64,000 nucleotides of DNA from Octopus sinensis (lineage: Eukaryota), in assembly GCF_006345805.1 (NCBI RefSeq), contig NC_043004.1, forward strand, positions 44,268,001-44,332,000. The letters are read 5' to 3'. A program made the position numbers and the translations under genes. The notes under the pieces are model-generated. The model had not been told where the DNA came from. It made no database searches and saw nothing but the letters and a program-made list of their open reading frames with translations. Shown piece by piece: positions 52,042 to 64,000 of this stretch (position 1 is its first letter; every line of letters starts with the position of its first letter).

Positions 52042-53074
52042 GCGATATATATGTCTATGTATATTCGTGTGTCTGTGTGCGTGTGTGCATGGGTATATTT
52101 GGGGTAGTACGAATACATACTTGCTTGTTCCATGAGTGCAGCTTTTATCATACCCGTTTATGCCTGCTTCTTATTATTGACGAACCCAAGCTCGTACCCA
52201 AATGATGTTTTCGCCATGGGAAAATTTCTCCTTGTATGCCTTTGAATGTCATGCTTGGATTAAATTTACATGATTTGAAAACCTTCAGGCCGAACAGACC
52301 TACATAAAACGAGTTCAAATCATGAATAACTCCAAACATTTTTTTCATTCTAAGTATAATATTCATTCACTTTCAAACAAATGTAATAATGGCATTTGGG
52401 GTACATCTGACTGTTTCGAAAATCAAGTAACTGTATATCTTCTCTCAACTGTTGTTTTTATGGTGGTAGTGTTGGTGGTGGCGATGGAGGTGGTTTCTGT
52501 GGTTGTTGTGGCCTTGTGACAATAATAGAAAACCTGAAATCATATACGAATAGCTTCTGAAGTATTTTCTTCAACGGTATGCTTGATAAGTGAAGAAAGG
52601 GGGGGGGGTTCCAGCTAGAATCATGTCTTTTATTCAGATATATTATAATTAGAAGTGCATTATTCATCGTGTCATTCCTTTTAAAGACGATGTAGTTTTA
52701 TTTCAGTGAAATCTGAATGTGCTTTTTAGCAATTCGAGCGGAAATGTGTAGAGCTTCTTTGATATGAGAGAGAAAATGGATAAACTGCCATTACGTACAC
52801 CATGCAACAAAGAAAAGCAAACTCCGACCCATATAATCCAATAATAGTTGGACACTACGTTATCACTTCTATTCTAACAGTTGATACTCTTAGCGCATCA
52901 GCAACTCCATCAAGCAGTTGAGAGCCAAAGACAACGTAAGGCAAAAATAAATTAATAGTCAAGTACTAAATCTAGTTAACCGATAGGATGCATTCACAAA
53001 AAATTAAGGCTTTGTGTCAATATTACATAACGTTTTATAATATAAACCATTCTTTTATAAGCACAATGTCTGAA

Positions 53075-53245
53075 ATTTTTCAGGATTAGGCTAGTCGAAT
53101 ATGTCGGCCCCAGTCTTCAACTGGTACTTATTTTATCGACTCGAAAGGATAAAATGCAAAGTCGACTTCGATGGAATTTGAACTCAGAACATGATACCCA
53201 TAACCATTTTGTCCGGTGTCTTAGCGATTCTGCAAGCTGACCGCT
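53075..53245 (-). mobile_element. SINE S1, degenerate
   Basis: ACTGGTACTTATTTTATCGAC..AAAGTCGACTTCGATGGAATTTGAACTCAG. Confidence 0.75.
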
Positions 53246-54346
53246 ACGTACCAGTTTATAATATAATGAAATGTTTAGTACTGAATTATTTACAATCTTT
53301 AATTTTTAATCACCCTGTTTTGTAGTTGAGTGCGTCAAATACTGAAGATCTTCATGATCATCATCTTGTTCCCTGGGTTATAAAGGGTTACTAGAAAAAT
53401 GAATGCCGTTGTCGAAAGAAGGAAGTCATTTGCCTTTCTTTAAGAGTCGGGATATGCGTGTCATATATAAATTGATACAATTTGAAATCAGTAAATAAAG
53501 TGTCAAAATGTAACGCTGAAAAACATTTTGTTAATCAGTAGATTTCTTTTTTTATAAAAACGTTGGTCTCAATTTTACTGAAACAAGCAAATATTTGCTT
53601 ATGCACATAAAATGAGACTGTACCCTTTCTCATTAAATATAATTGCATCTATGCTCCAATTCTCTCTATTGGTATCGCATTTATCCTGAGCTCTTTCCTC
53701 TCATTTTCCGTCTATTTCTCCTCATAATTATTATCATCATCGAAATGTTGGGGCCCTAAGTCAGACAAATCTTATGATATTTATGTGTTTCCACTCTGGT
53801 TCTCAATCCAAACGTTCGACTTTACATTTGAATATTCTGCAAGTCAATTAAATATGTACCAGTTATAAAATGGAACGGAATCAATTGACATGGATTCCCT
53901 CAAAATATATGGCCTGATAAAAATTTTAGGAATTATTATTATCATCAAGTCTTTGCTCCACTGACAATGTTTGTTGACATAGCGAGGGCGTATATAGAAA
54001 GAAAAAGTAATTCCACAAATATTGTAATTTTGTAACAAACACTTATCTGAAGTTACGCCCTGTAATCTGCTTTTCTGCTTCATTTGTTATTCTTTCTAAC
54101 TGTATCGTTTTTCCAACGTAAAATACCCTGAAAGTAAATTTCAGTTCAATTTGTTTCGAACTTTTTTCAACTGGGTTTCAAGATGTATTTAACAATCTTA
54201 CGCTGGCTATGGCTTTTATGTCTAGGTTTGACGCACATAACACAATACATGTTTCTAATTCTGAAGCACGCGAACAGTCGTCATTCTTTTGATAATTGCT
54301 TTATTTTTCCAATATCTACTTCAAAGAGTATACTGTAGCAATATGT

Positions 54347-54682
54347 GTGAAGACTCATGGTCCGGTGGTGAGAGCGTCGGGCTCACAATCTTGCGGAAGT
54401 GAGTTCGATTCCCGGACCGTGCTGGATGTTTTGTTGTGTTGTGTTGTGTTCTAGAGAAAGACACGTTTACGTTACTCAAGTTAATTCAGCTGTAGAAATG
54501 AGTTGCGACATCACTGGTGCCAAGCTATATTGGCCCCTTTTCCTTTCCCTTGGATGACATCGGTGGCTTGATGGAAGGAGGCTGGTATGCTTACCCGACT
54601 GCTGGTCTGCCATAAAATACCATGCCCCGAAGGAGAAGTTTCTAGGTGCAATCCTATTGTCATTCATGACTGAAAGGGGTAT
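54347..54682 (+). mobile_element. SINE family S4 (tRNA-like head)
   Basis: A-box-like TGGTCCGGTGG, B-box GAGTTCGATTCC; body repeated at 55393-55545. Confidence 0.75.
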
Positions 54683-54933
54683 TTATTTAGCTAAATTGTT
54701 GATTCATTTGCTAAATCTCTCAACAGGTTAGGAATTCTTCCATATAATTAATTCAACAAAAGAAATCTCGAGTCATGACATTGGTGCAGAAGTGATTAAT
54801 AGAAATAACAATGACAAATGTAATTTTTCAGCCACCCACAGAAATTATCCTTGGCGATATCACAGCTCATCTAACAGTATATTTTACCTATCAGTTTGTT
54901 ATCAGGTATAATTAAACTGATAAACTCTGTATC

Positions 54934-55358
54934 AGATCTTTTCGGTTAGAACGCCAGTTTTTTCTAGCGTATTTTAGGTAACTAAAAAAATTTAAACTTC
55001 GTATACTGGTAGAATGTGTTTATAAAACATATTTTTCTCTTGGCTTTATTGAGAAAATTCTATAGTTTGTAAGATATTTGCTGTTTTTTTTCTTCAATTT
55101 CTGCAATTTCAACCAATCACTGACGTCCATTGAGGTAAAAAAAAACATTCTGTGCCGTATGAATATATCCCACGTTTAAGAAACAGATTTGGTTTATTTA
55201 CATTTGTGAAGAAAAAAAGATACCCTTACCCCTACCCTAAGCCTAACCCTAACCCTAAAACAGATTGAAATGCAATAGATCGATTCTAGGGTCATAATTG
55301 TGGGTGGCAATTTCATATGACACCGCTAGAGAAACTGCCGTTCAAACCGAAAAGATCC
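54934..55358 (-). mobile_element. TTAGGG-bearing MITE, copy 6
   Basis: Same TIRs; perfect 8-bp TSD TCTGTATC at 54926-54933 and 55359-55366. Confidence 0.93.
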
Positions 55359-55392
55359 TCTGTATCTATGGTAATTCCCTAAAGTTAAATTG

Positions 55393-55545
55393 TATCAGCT
55401 TTTGCCTGTCCCTTGGATAACATCGGTAGCGTGGAGAGGGGAGGCTGGTATGCATGGCTGACTGATGGTCTTCCATAAACAACTTTACCCAGAGTTGTGC
55501 CTTGGATGGGAACTTACAATGGTCCTTCATGACAGGTGACATTTA
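55393..55545 (+). mobile_element. SINE S4 3' fragment
   Basis: CCCTTGGATAACATCGGT..GGAGGCTGGTATGC. Confidence 0.7.
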
Positions 55546-58500
55546 GCTTTTATATGTGAATTATTTGTTTGCACAGACGTTTCATAGCTGCGATTTCTTT
55601 GGAGGGGAAATTCTGCACAAATTCATGGCACGAACGTATGTGATAAAATAACCGACATGTCACCAACACTTGTTGTACCAACGTCTGCTTATGAGAAAAC
55701 TGATCACTGAAACAGGCAGCTGTTTGTTTTGTAAACTAGAATGACGAATGCTGTAATTTTTCAATATATTATTTTTGCTGTCATTTAACCCCTTGTCAGT
55801 CCTGATTAATATCCAGCAAATATACGTTCAGAAATATTCAGAACATCATCTCGAGTGTGATATTAAGACTGATTTTGTTTGATTGTCTTTCGGGCACAAA
55901 TTCCAACAGTATGATGTAATGTTGATGATTTTCTCATGATAATTAAAACGAAAATGTTTCAACAAATAAAACAAATATTGCCGGACAAAATATTGGGTTT
56001 GTGTTTAGTTGTGCCCCTTTAAATCTTGTTTTTCAATCGTAATAGGGTATGATTTGTTTTCGTTGCAGTCGTGTTTACAAAGAAACAACTGTAATTTTTC
56101 CACAAACAACTGTAATTTTTCTTAGACATTCTGCATATCCTAGAAATCAATTACGAGGAACGATGGATAGCGGCAGAAGGGATTTACTGACTATACCGCT
56201 CGCGTATTACATCATGGTGCTGCGTAATGCCTCTTTGTCTTGTGAATTTTTACGACTTAGTTTGGTTAAAAAATTCATACCACATCGTGTTTCGAATTCC
56301 ACAAAAATTCTCTTTTCTTTCAAATATTGTGTTATAATTTCAATGTCTATTTTAAATATTGTAACAATGTAATTTCACATATTTGTTAAGTGGAGTGGTC
56401 TTCGGCAATAATTGTGACGCTATCGTATTCTGTGGGATGCTTATAGTGCTAATCACATGTCTTGCGTTTCTGAACATGCTGCATTTTATGCTTAGGGAAA
56501 TAATGTGAGCTAAATAATTCTGCAATGTTTTGTATAACTCAAAATGAGGAAGTCTGTGCATGGGGTAATTTCGTCATGGTCCAGCCTGTGCAGTTGTATT
56601 GGTTTGTTATTGTGACTTAGACTACCGTTTAGTCAAAATCAAGCAGATGATTGTTCAAAGGCGTTTCTGACGTAACTATTACCGGGGATAGGCAAACTAA
56701 TTGCATGAGATTATTGTTTTATCGAGAGAAGAGAAAACAATAGGATGTGGCACTGCTGATGTCATACTTCAATGAAAAATACAAATTGAATAAATTTTTG
56801 CGCATTATAGTCTTACCTGTGGTTGTATGAATATCGGCATTCTATAATCAGGGTACTCAGTAAATTTCTATTCTAGGAGGAGTATGATAAGTATATTTCG
56901 ATTCGGTGAGCCCCTGTGCGTTGCTTCCATGTTAATATTGATTTCAAAGTTGGATCGATTATTGCAATGTCAAATCAGTTTATTATTGGTGAAAAAAAAA
57001 GGCGACTTATAAAGTAGAAGGTTTGAACTTAGAAAATACAGGGAGATATCCAAACAGCACTTACCAACCCATAATAACACAGCCACTTGTTTTGCACTCG
57101 GCCTTCAACTGCTGGCAAAACCGTAGAGATGTGCTGGTGACATACGCCGTCTATTGGATGCTTCACACATGGGGGAGTTCATAACTTTCTTGGTGTGACT
57201 GTTGCGGATTTCTTCTAAACGTAGAACAAGAAAAAAAATCATAACGAAAGACAGAAAAAAACAAGTAATCACCCCACCCACCTAATTGAGTGGAACTCTG
57301 TCGAGGTCAAAAGGATGAGCGGCAGAGCTGACCTCATTAGGATTTGAATTTACAGTGCAAAGAGTTGGGAATACTGAATGGTATTCTATGAGTTAATCTA
57401 AAGACTTGCTATTTCCCCACCTGAATTGACTTAAACAATCTGAAGAATCGAAGACAAAGTATAAATCGAAGAGAAGAATGATAAGAAATACGACATAATC
57501 AAGATTGGAACCGACAACGAAAACAATAGACAACACAATTTTAATTTGTTCCAATTTTACCGTCCACTGTCCTTTACTCTCTCCGCTGATAATGTTTATC
57601 CATATAAATGACAACGAGAAATCGATTTCGGAAACGTGGTTGTCGATTAGTTACTGATAAGTTACTTTTTTAAATAGGGTTACCAAATTGATATTCGAAC
57701 TCAGAACGTAAACATATGTAATTAAATTCATCTGTATTATTTAGTGGTGGGAAGCATAGCCAAATACACCGCCCCCAATGTCCACCATCCTCCTCCTCCT
57801 TGAAAATATTAATAACGTTGATAATACAGATAAATAGCATAGGAAGACACTAGTTAAACCTTATGAATTGATATATCGATGGGTGATCTAAAATGATTTG
57901 CAGTTAATTTATTTCGCATGCTGTTAAAAGAAGAAGAAAAGAAAAAGAAAGAACGAGTGTAACATCTGAACTGAGCACCATCGACTTAAAAAGGGAGCAG
58001 AATAACAATATAAAAGAGGCAAAGCAAAAGAAGAAAGCAATGGAATTTGCTAACAATTTTCCAAAAGATAATTAGAAGCACTTCTGATTCAAAATCGGTG
58101 TTTACTACCACTCCACCGTGAAACAACAACACCTGCACTCTGAATATTAACGAGAAGATCTTGCAAGCAGGAGTTACATAAATTTTCCTAGCACAGCTGA
58201 AAAAGAAAACTCCTATTTTTCTCTGTTCTCTAATAATTATTTGTCATTTTGATTTTGTTTCTTTGTAATTTAATTTTTTTTTTTTTTCGTTTTTATTTTT
58301 TTTTTTCATACTTCCTGTTAACATCTAAATTATAATTTATAGAAGTCTGAAAAAGAAAAGTGCAGCAAACTTAAGTGTTTTCTCGTGTTACCCTTTAACT
58401 TTAGCTTCTGTTACACAAACCAGCATGCCTCTGATCAATAACAGTTCTGTTTTTTTCTTTTTTTTTTTTGTCACTCTCTCTATATGGAAAAATGTAATAC

Positions 58501-59056
58501 TGCTGCTAATATAACCGTATGCCGCTAAAGAGTACCGTAATGCTGTAGATAACTACTTGCTGAGCAGTGAGTCTCACAGTAATCATAAACGTGCTTGACG
58601 AAAGCATGAAAATCACAGCTCACCAATGATGCTTCAGCTCAGAATATTTTACTGGTTACAGTCAATAGAACAGAAATGTACTTTCTTGTTAATTAAAAAA
58701 AAAGTGGAATGTGACTAATGACATATTGTTAACGATATAATGAACTTGATAAGCATATGATTTCACGTGTCGGAAGAATGGTTGAAAATTACAAAGAAAT
58801 GTATCGTTAACTACAATAACATTAGTATTTTACTGGTACACATTCACATTTAATTTCGGGCTGTTCGATAAAATACTATCGAATTACGAATTGCACTTAG
58901 AGTGCATTTAAATGTGAACGAATGATTATTACCCATTTACAATGTCGTAAATTTGTGTTCGCGACGTTGTTGATTATATCGACACAAGCATATAAGTGCT
59001 AAGGAATGTGTTAAACATGATGTAACCAACGGAGATTCATAGCTCTAAAGGACTTT

Positions 59057-59467
59057 GGATCTTTTCGGTTTGAACGGCAGTTTTTTTCTAGCAGTGTCAT
59101 ATGAAATTGTCACCCATAGTTATGACCCTAGTATCGATCTATTGCATTTCAATCTATTTTAGGGTTAGGGTGGGGGCAAGGGTACCTTTTTTTCTTCAGA
59201 AATGTAAATAAACCCAATCTGTTTCTTAAATGAGGGCCATATTCATACGGCACATAATGTTTTCACCTCAATAGACGTCAGTGATTGGTTGAAATTGCCG
59301 AAATGCAAGAAATTAAAGACCAAATATCTCACAAACTATTGAATTTTCTCAATAAAGCCAAGAGAAAAAAGATGTTTTATAAACACATTCTACCAGTATA
59401 CGAAGTTTAAATTTTTTTAGCTACCTAGAAATTATGTTAAAAACTGCCGTTCAAACCAAAAAGCTCC
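59057..59467 (+). mobile_element. TTAGGG-bearing MITE, copy 7
   Basis: Same TIRs and body; no matching TSD visible; shortest telomeric tract. Confidence 0.9.
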
Positions 59468-60644
59468 CTTTTTTTGTGATTTGTGAATATTGATAAATTT
59501 ACTTTTAAATGATAGATGACAATTCCTTTTATTGCTAATGCAAAAAGCAAAATTCCCAAAGATTTTCTCCTACCCAGAACGTATAGAACACACACATAAA
59601 TACTTTATATATTTCCATGTTCTAGCATGCTTGCCACTACACCACACTATGTGGCTTCAAATCACCAATACATATTCTATGTCATCAGTGCCCCTTAATC
59701 AACCAAATATGGAAAGATATCGTGCCATTTGGATGGGCAAAATTGGAAGTACGTCCAAGTAACAAGTTATATAGATTTGCTATTTGTGTTGTGTCTTTCA
59801 ACTCTTACATCAAATGATTCTTAGATCAAATCATTGAAGGACAACTAAGAAATACTTAGAAGAAATTATGATTAGTGTCCACCCAAGTGATAAGCTCATA
59901 ATATCAAGATAGTGACGATTAGGGGTTGGCAGTGAATGGGATTTTTTGAAAACACTGCTCCCCAAATATCTTATAGTGCTTAATTGCCATCAGTTATGCT
60001 ATGAATTTAATGTTTTTTCACAGTATTTTCAGGAAACATGATGAGATAAAATATGCATCGGTAAAATCACGGGCCCAACATCAAAATACACGCGGAATGT
60101 GATAGGCAGTGAGCTGAAGCTGGTTATTTTGTTACCTTTTTTTTCTCAGAGACCAATTCTTGGAGTCGGTATTCCTCGTCACTTCTCCAGGGTTTGACAA
60201 AATAGATACAGATAAATACTGGCGGTCGATTATATTGAATATAAACTTACCTTAAAATATGCATCTGTCAGAATATCTGGAATTGCAGAGGTTGAAGTAA
60301 GAAGTATAATCCACCCAATTTCTAGAAGTGAATCAAAGAGTGAAGCCTCTCCGGCTACTTCCTTTGTCTGACAGCTAAAATAACAGATTTAAGTATAACA
60401 TTCGGGAAAATTAGGACTTCCATTTTCGCTTCATAAATGTTCGTAGATGAACTTGCCTAAGAATCCGCTTTCAGCCACCCGTTAAACTCTCAAATGTAGA
60501 ATATTCATCATAGCGTTTGAGAAATCCAGCCAGATGACTAATTAAAATTTTTCATAAGTTTCGGGAGGTAAAATTGTTCCTCAGTGCGTAGATGTTTGGT
60601 ACGTAGTCGTACCATCATAATCATTATCAGTATCCTTATCATTC

Positions 60645-60687
60645 TTCTTCTTTTTCTTCTTCTTCTTCTTCTTCTTTTCTTCTTCTT

Positions 60688-60764
<77 letters not shown>

Positions 60765-60776
60765 CATCATTATTAT
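60645..60776. repeat. (CTT)n-(ATT)n microsatellite
   Basis: Direct reading. Confidence 0.95.
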
Positions 60777-61266
60777 ATGTTTGACTGTTGCTTTGTATTT
60801 GTACAAGTTGAATCCAAGTCTCATCGAGAGTCCTCAAGAGACAACAGGTTAGAAGATCATGTTGGTGTTATGCCTTGAGTGTCATATATTTGGTTCTGCA
60901 CATAGTATTGTTCTAGAGAATGTTTATGAAAACAAAAAAAAAATTATGTGTTTGTTTTAAAATTTGAGATTACATAAACAATATTTTACGTAGGATATGG
61001 TCAGTTCCCATGAGCACTATCTTTTGCATTTCTGCTATTTTGGGGTTTCCCGGTATCTGAGCTAGGTAGGAATCAGCCCCTTTTGCTATCAATCCTAGGG
61101 CACATATGACAACAGGTATTGTTTTAGTCTTGAGGTTCCACATTTTGCCAATTTCTATTTCAAGATATTTATACTTGCTCAGATTTGGTAGGTCTTGGCA
61201 GATACATTTATGTCCACTGGGACAGTTATATCAATGAAAAGGAATGGTTTTTGTCTGAAGTCTTTT
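60777..61266 (-). mobile_element. R4/Dong-type RLE retrotransposon 3' end (subfamily A)
   Basis: Reverse complement of about 30835-31310; (ATT)n on both flanks. Confidence 0.88.
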
Positions 61267-61280
61267 AATCATTATTATTA

Positions 61281-61341
<61 letters not shown>

Positions 61342-61377
61342 CATTGTTGTTGTTGTTGTTTTTGTTATCATCATTAA

Positions 61378-62180
61378 TATTTGTATTATGAAAGACTCTT
61401 GGACAGTGCTTAATTACCGGTTATTCTTTACTTGAAAGCAGGGAATAACAAATCCCCAAAGGTTTTGAGTAGTACCATCTCCTGTAACTCAAATACACAA
61501 TACTCTCCTTACAATGCGAGCTGTACCCAACAATGCTATTTTCTGAATCACCTCGAGGCTGGCAGCAGCTCCAATAATCTTAATATGTTTTCCAAAGCCC
61601 CTGGAAACTGCTCCTAATGCTCCAATCACCACCGCCATGACCATTATTTTCCTCATGCCCCGTAACTTTCCCATCTCGTCCTGAAGTGGCTGGTATTTCT
61701 CAAAATTTTCTGTTTCCTTCAATTTCACCCTCGAATCGCCTGGTATTGCAACATCTATTATTTTTACTTCCTTTTCATCATTATGGATGAGCAAGATATC
61801 TAGTTGTCTCTCCTCTATGACTTGGTGGCACTGCATGTTAATTATTTTGTTATGTTCTTTTTCCGTTACTTCCTTTCGCTTGTGCTCGGCTCCCTCAAGG
61901 TTTGCTTTACTGCAGAACAGCTAGTGGAGACATCTGGCCACAATGTCGTGTCTCTTTTTGTATTCACGTTGTGTGAGCTAACAGCACCCAATAACAATAT
62001 GGCTTATACTTTCTCTCTTCTCAGAGCATATTCTACACTGCGGTGAGTCAGTGTTTTTATCAATGTGATATTTGGAGTAGTTTGTTCAGAGAGCTTGTTC
62101 TTGAGCGCTGCACACTAACGCATCAGTGGACCCTTTTAAGTCTCCTTCCTGCAGCCATTGCCAGGTTCTATTCCAACCAA
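61378..62180 (-). mobile_element. R4/Dong-type RLE retrotransposon 3' part (subfamily D)
   Basis: WQWLQEGDLKG..AQEQAL..CRICSEKRESISHIVIGC..KKRHD; ORF 61489-61836 IIDVAIPGD..EKY..VVIGALG; 3' end next to an ATT/GTT tract. Confidence 0.85.
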
Positions 62181-62269
62181 TCTCATCTTTATTCTTCAAG
62201 AACTGACTTATTATTTTAATCATTATTGTTATTCATCTTATTATTATAATTATAAAGCAGAAACCTGAG

Positions 62270-62460
62270 TGAATAGTTAACAGCCTGGGCAAAATTCTTA
62301 GCGCACTTTTTTCCTCATTACGCTGTGAATTTAAATTACCGCCGTGGTCGACTTCACATTGCATCCTTTAGCGATCGATGAATTAAGTACCAGTTGAACA
62401 ATGGTGTTAATGTAATTGACAAAATGTCAACCCCAAAATTTCGGGCATTATGATTATACT
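62270..62460 (+). mobile_element. SINE S1, degenerate
   Basis: GTGGTCGACTTCACATTGCATCC..AATTAAGTACCAGTTG. Confidence 0.65.
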
Positions 62461-63569
62461 AGAATGGATTAAAATTTTTATTATCATTTTTGTTGTTGTT
62501 GTTGTTGTTGTTGCCATTGTTGTTTTGCTGTCGAGATAGAGAATGTACCTGCTCTAAAGTGTAAAGTGATGTTTGAGGGAGAATCAACAACAATCTTTAG
62601 TTGTTTAGGCAAGCAAATGCAGACATCTGTCGTTTTTTTTTACTTAGACTTACTAATATATCCGTCTATATATTGCTATTAAATAAAACTTGTATCTATA
62701 CATGTAGAAATTTCGTCAAAATGAATGTTTTTGCCATTTACCATTTACACACGTTGTACTTGGCAAATCCATATACATGCAAATTCAAAACAATTGTAGT
62801 CAGGACTACGGTAATTGTTGAAGGATTAAACTCAACAGGCTTATTTGTCACTGACAGCTTCACGGTGACAAAGGGAAAATGGATGGGCAAATTAAGGAAG
62901 GAATAAGATGTTACGTTATAGTTTCAGCATCATTAACGAAGTATTAAAAAAATGATGAAATATTGCAAACGGAAACCAATGAAAATGTCACGTAATACGA
63001 CATTAGATGGATATTAGAAAGCTACTCAAAGATTATTGGCAGTTCTCAATGCAAAAAGAATTAAATAGGAAAAAGAAACGGGATTTCCTGAAGCGTAGGG
63101 ACATAAAATATATTAAGGAAACATAGAAAAAGAAAATTCAAACGAAATGGAATGCTCCTTTGAAATATCAACTGATGTTAATGCAGCTGCACGTACAAAT
63201 AGGATATAAAGTTAAAGAATAAAAACCCGAAAACAACAGCACACTAATACACGCCCATACGCAAGCGCACAAACGGGGAATGCATACTCGTAAAAACAGA
63301 CAGAGGAATGGAAAAGCACGCTCATACACCATTATACATAAATATTTATGTGCATATATATATAGATATGGACACAAATATATATACGCACACATGCACA
63401 CACACATATATATACATATATATATATATGCGTATATGTGTATGTATGTGAGTTTGTGTGTGTATATATAAATGCATATATATATATTTAAATCCGTATA
63501 TGTCTGTGAGTGGGTGTGTTTGCATATATGCATCCAAAATCTTCATTTATATATATATATATATGACTC

Positions 63570-63890
63570 CAGTACCTATTTTTAAGCCTAGTAATTATTC
63601 TATCGACCTCTTTTTTCGAACCACTAAGTTATGGGGACGTAAACTCACAAACACTGTTCGCAAAAGCGTTGATGGGGGATAGACAAAAGCAGGCGTGCAC
63701 ACACACACACACACATACACAGACACATATACCAGGAGCTTCTTTCACTTTCCGTCTAGCAAATCACAAGGATTTGGTCGGCCAGAGACTATTGTAGAAG
63801 ACAATTGCCCAAGGTATCATGCAGTAGGATTGAATCAGGAATCGTGCTGTTTGGAAACAAGCTTCTTACCAAACACACATGCCTGCGCCT
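63570..63890 (-). mobile_element. SINE S2, degenerate near-full copy
   Basis: Ends ..GCCTGCGCCT (reverse of the S2 head); GAAGACAATTGCCCAAG core. Confidence 0.8.
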
Positions 63891-64000
63891 ACTTGCATAT
63901 GATATACATAAAAATATATAATCCCTGACGGTTCGAAATTATAGCACAAAGCCAGGGATTTTGGAGTGCGGCTTTGAGCATTGCATTGGTCCAAGTGCTT

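Noticed and set aside
52458-52667. Pro- or Thr-rich minus-strand ORF
   Set aside because: Derived from a degenerate (GGT/GTT)n tract; stops close by in all frames
58624-58651. 28-nt minus-strand micro-exon candidate (KYSELKHH, AG..GTGAGC)
   Set aside because: Phase is incompatible with the next candidate exon and it is short enough to occur by chance

Overview
AT-rich, microsatellite-dense eukaryotic DNA made almost entirely of transposon remnants. The repeat families look like those of an octopus (coleoid cephalopod) genome; this is recall, not a database check. I find no convincing host protein-coding gene, rRNA, true tRNA or CRISPR array, and most ORF-track entries are microsatellite artefacts. 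Supported content: mariner, maT-like, Chapaev3-like and piggyBac remnants; a Helitron-like element; CR1 and RTE LINE fragments; four tRNA-derived SINE families, one forming 184-bp tandem multimers; seven fragments of R4/Dong-type restriction-like-endonuclease retrotransposons, mostly beside (TAA)n tracts; and seven copies of a ~430-bp MITE with 8-bp TSDs and an internal (TTAGGG)n tract. The most interesting signal is RNA-structural. Two adjacent ~680-bp foldback elements (38132-38817, 39072-39748) carry a type I hammerhead-ribozyme fold in each inverted arm. Several other short microsatellite-anchored repeats also carry hammerhead-like cores, including a G3-C8 compensatory variant at 10007-10057. 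All folds were done by eye and are untested. Boundaries of degenerate repeats are approximate.
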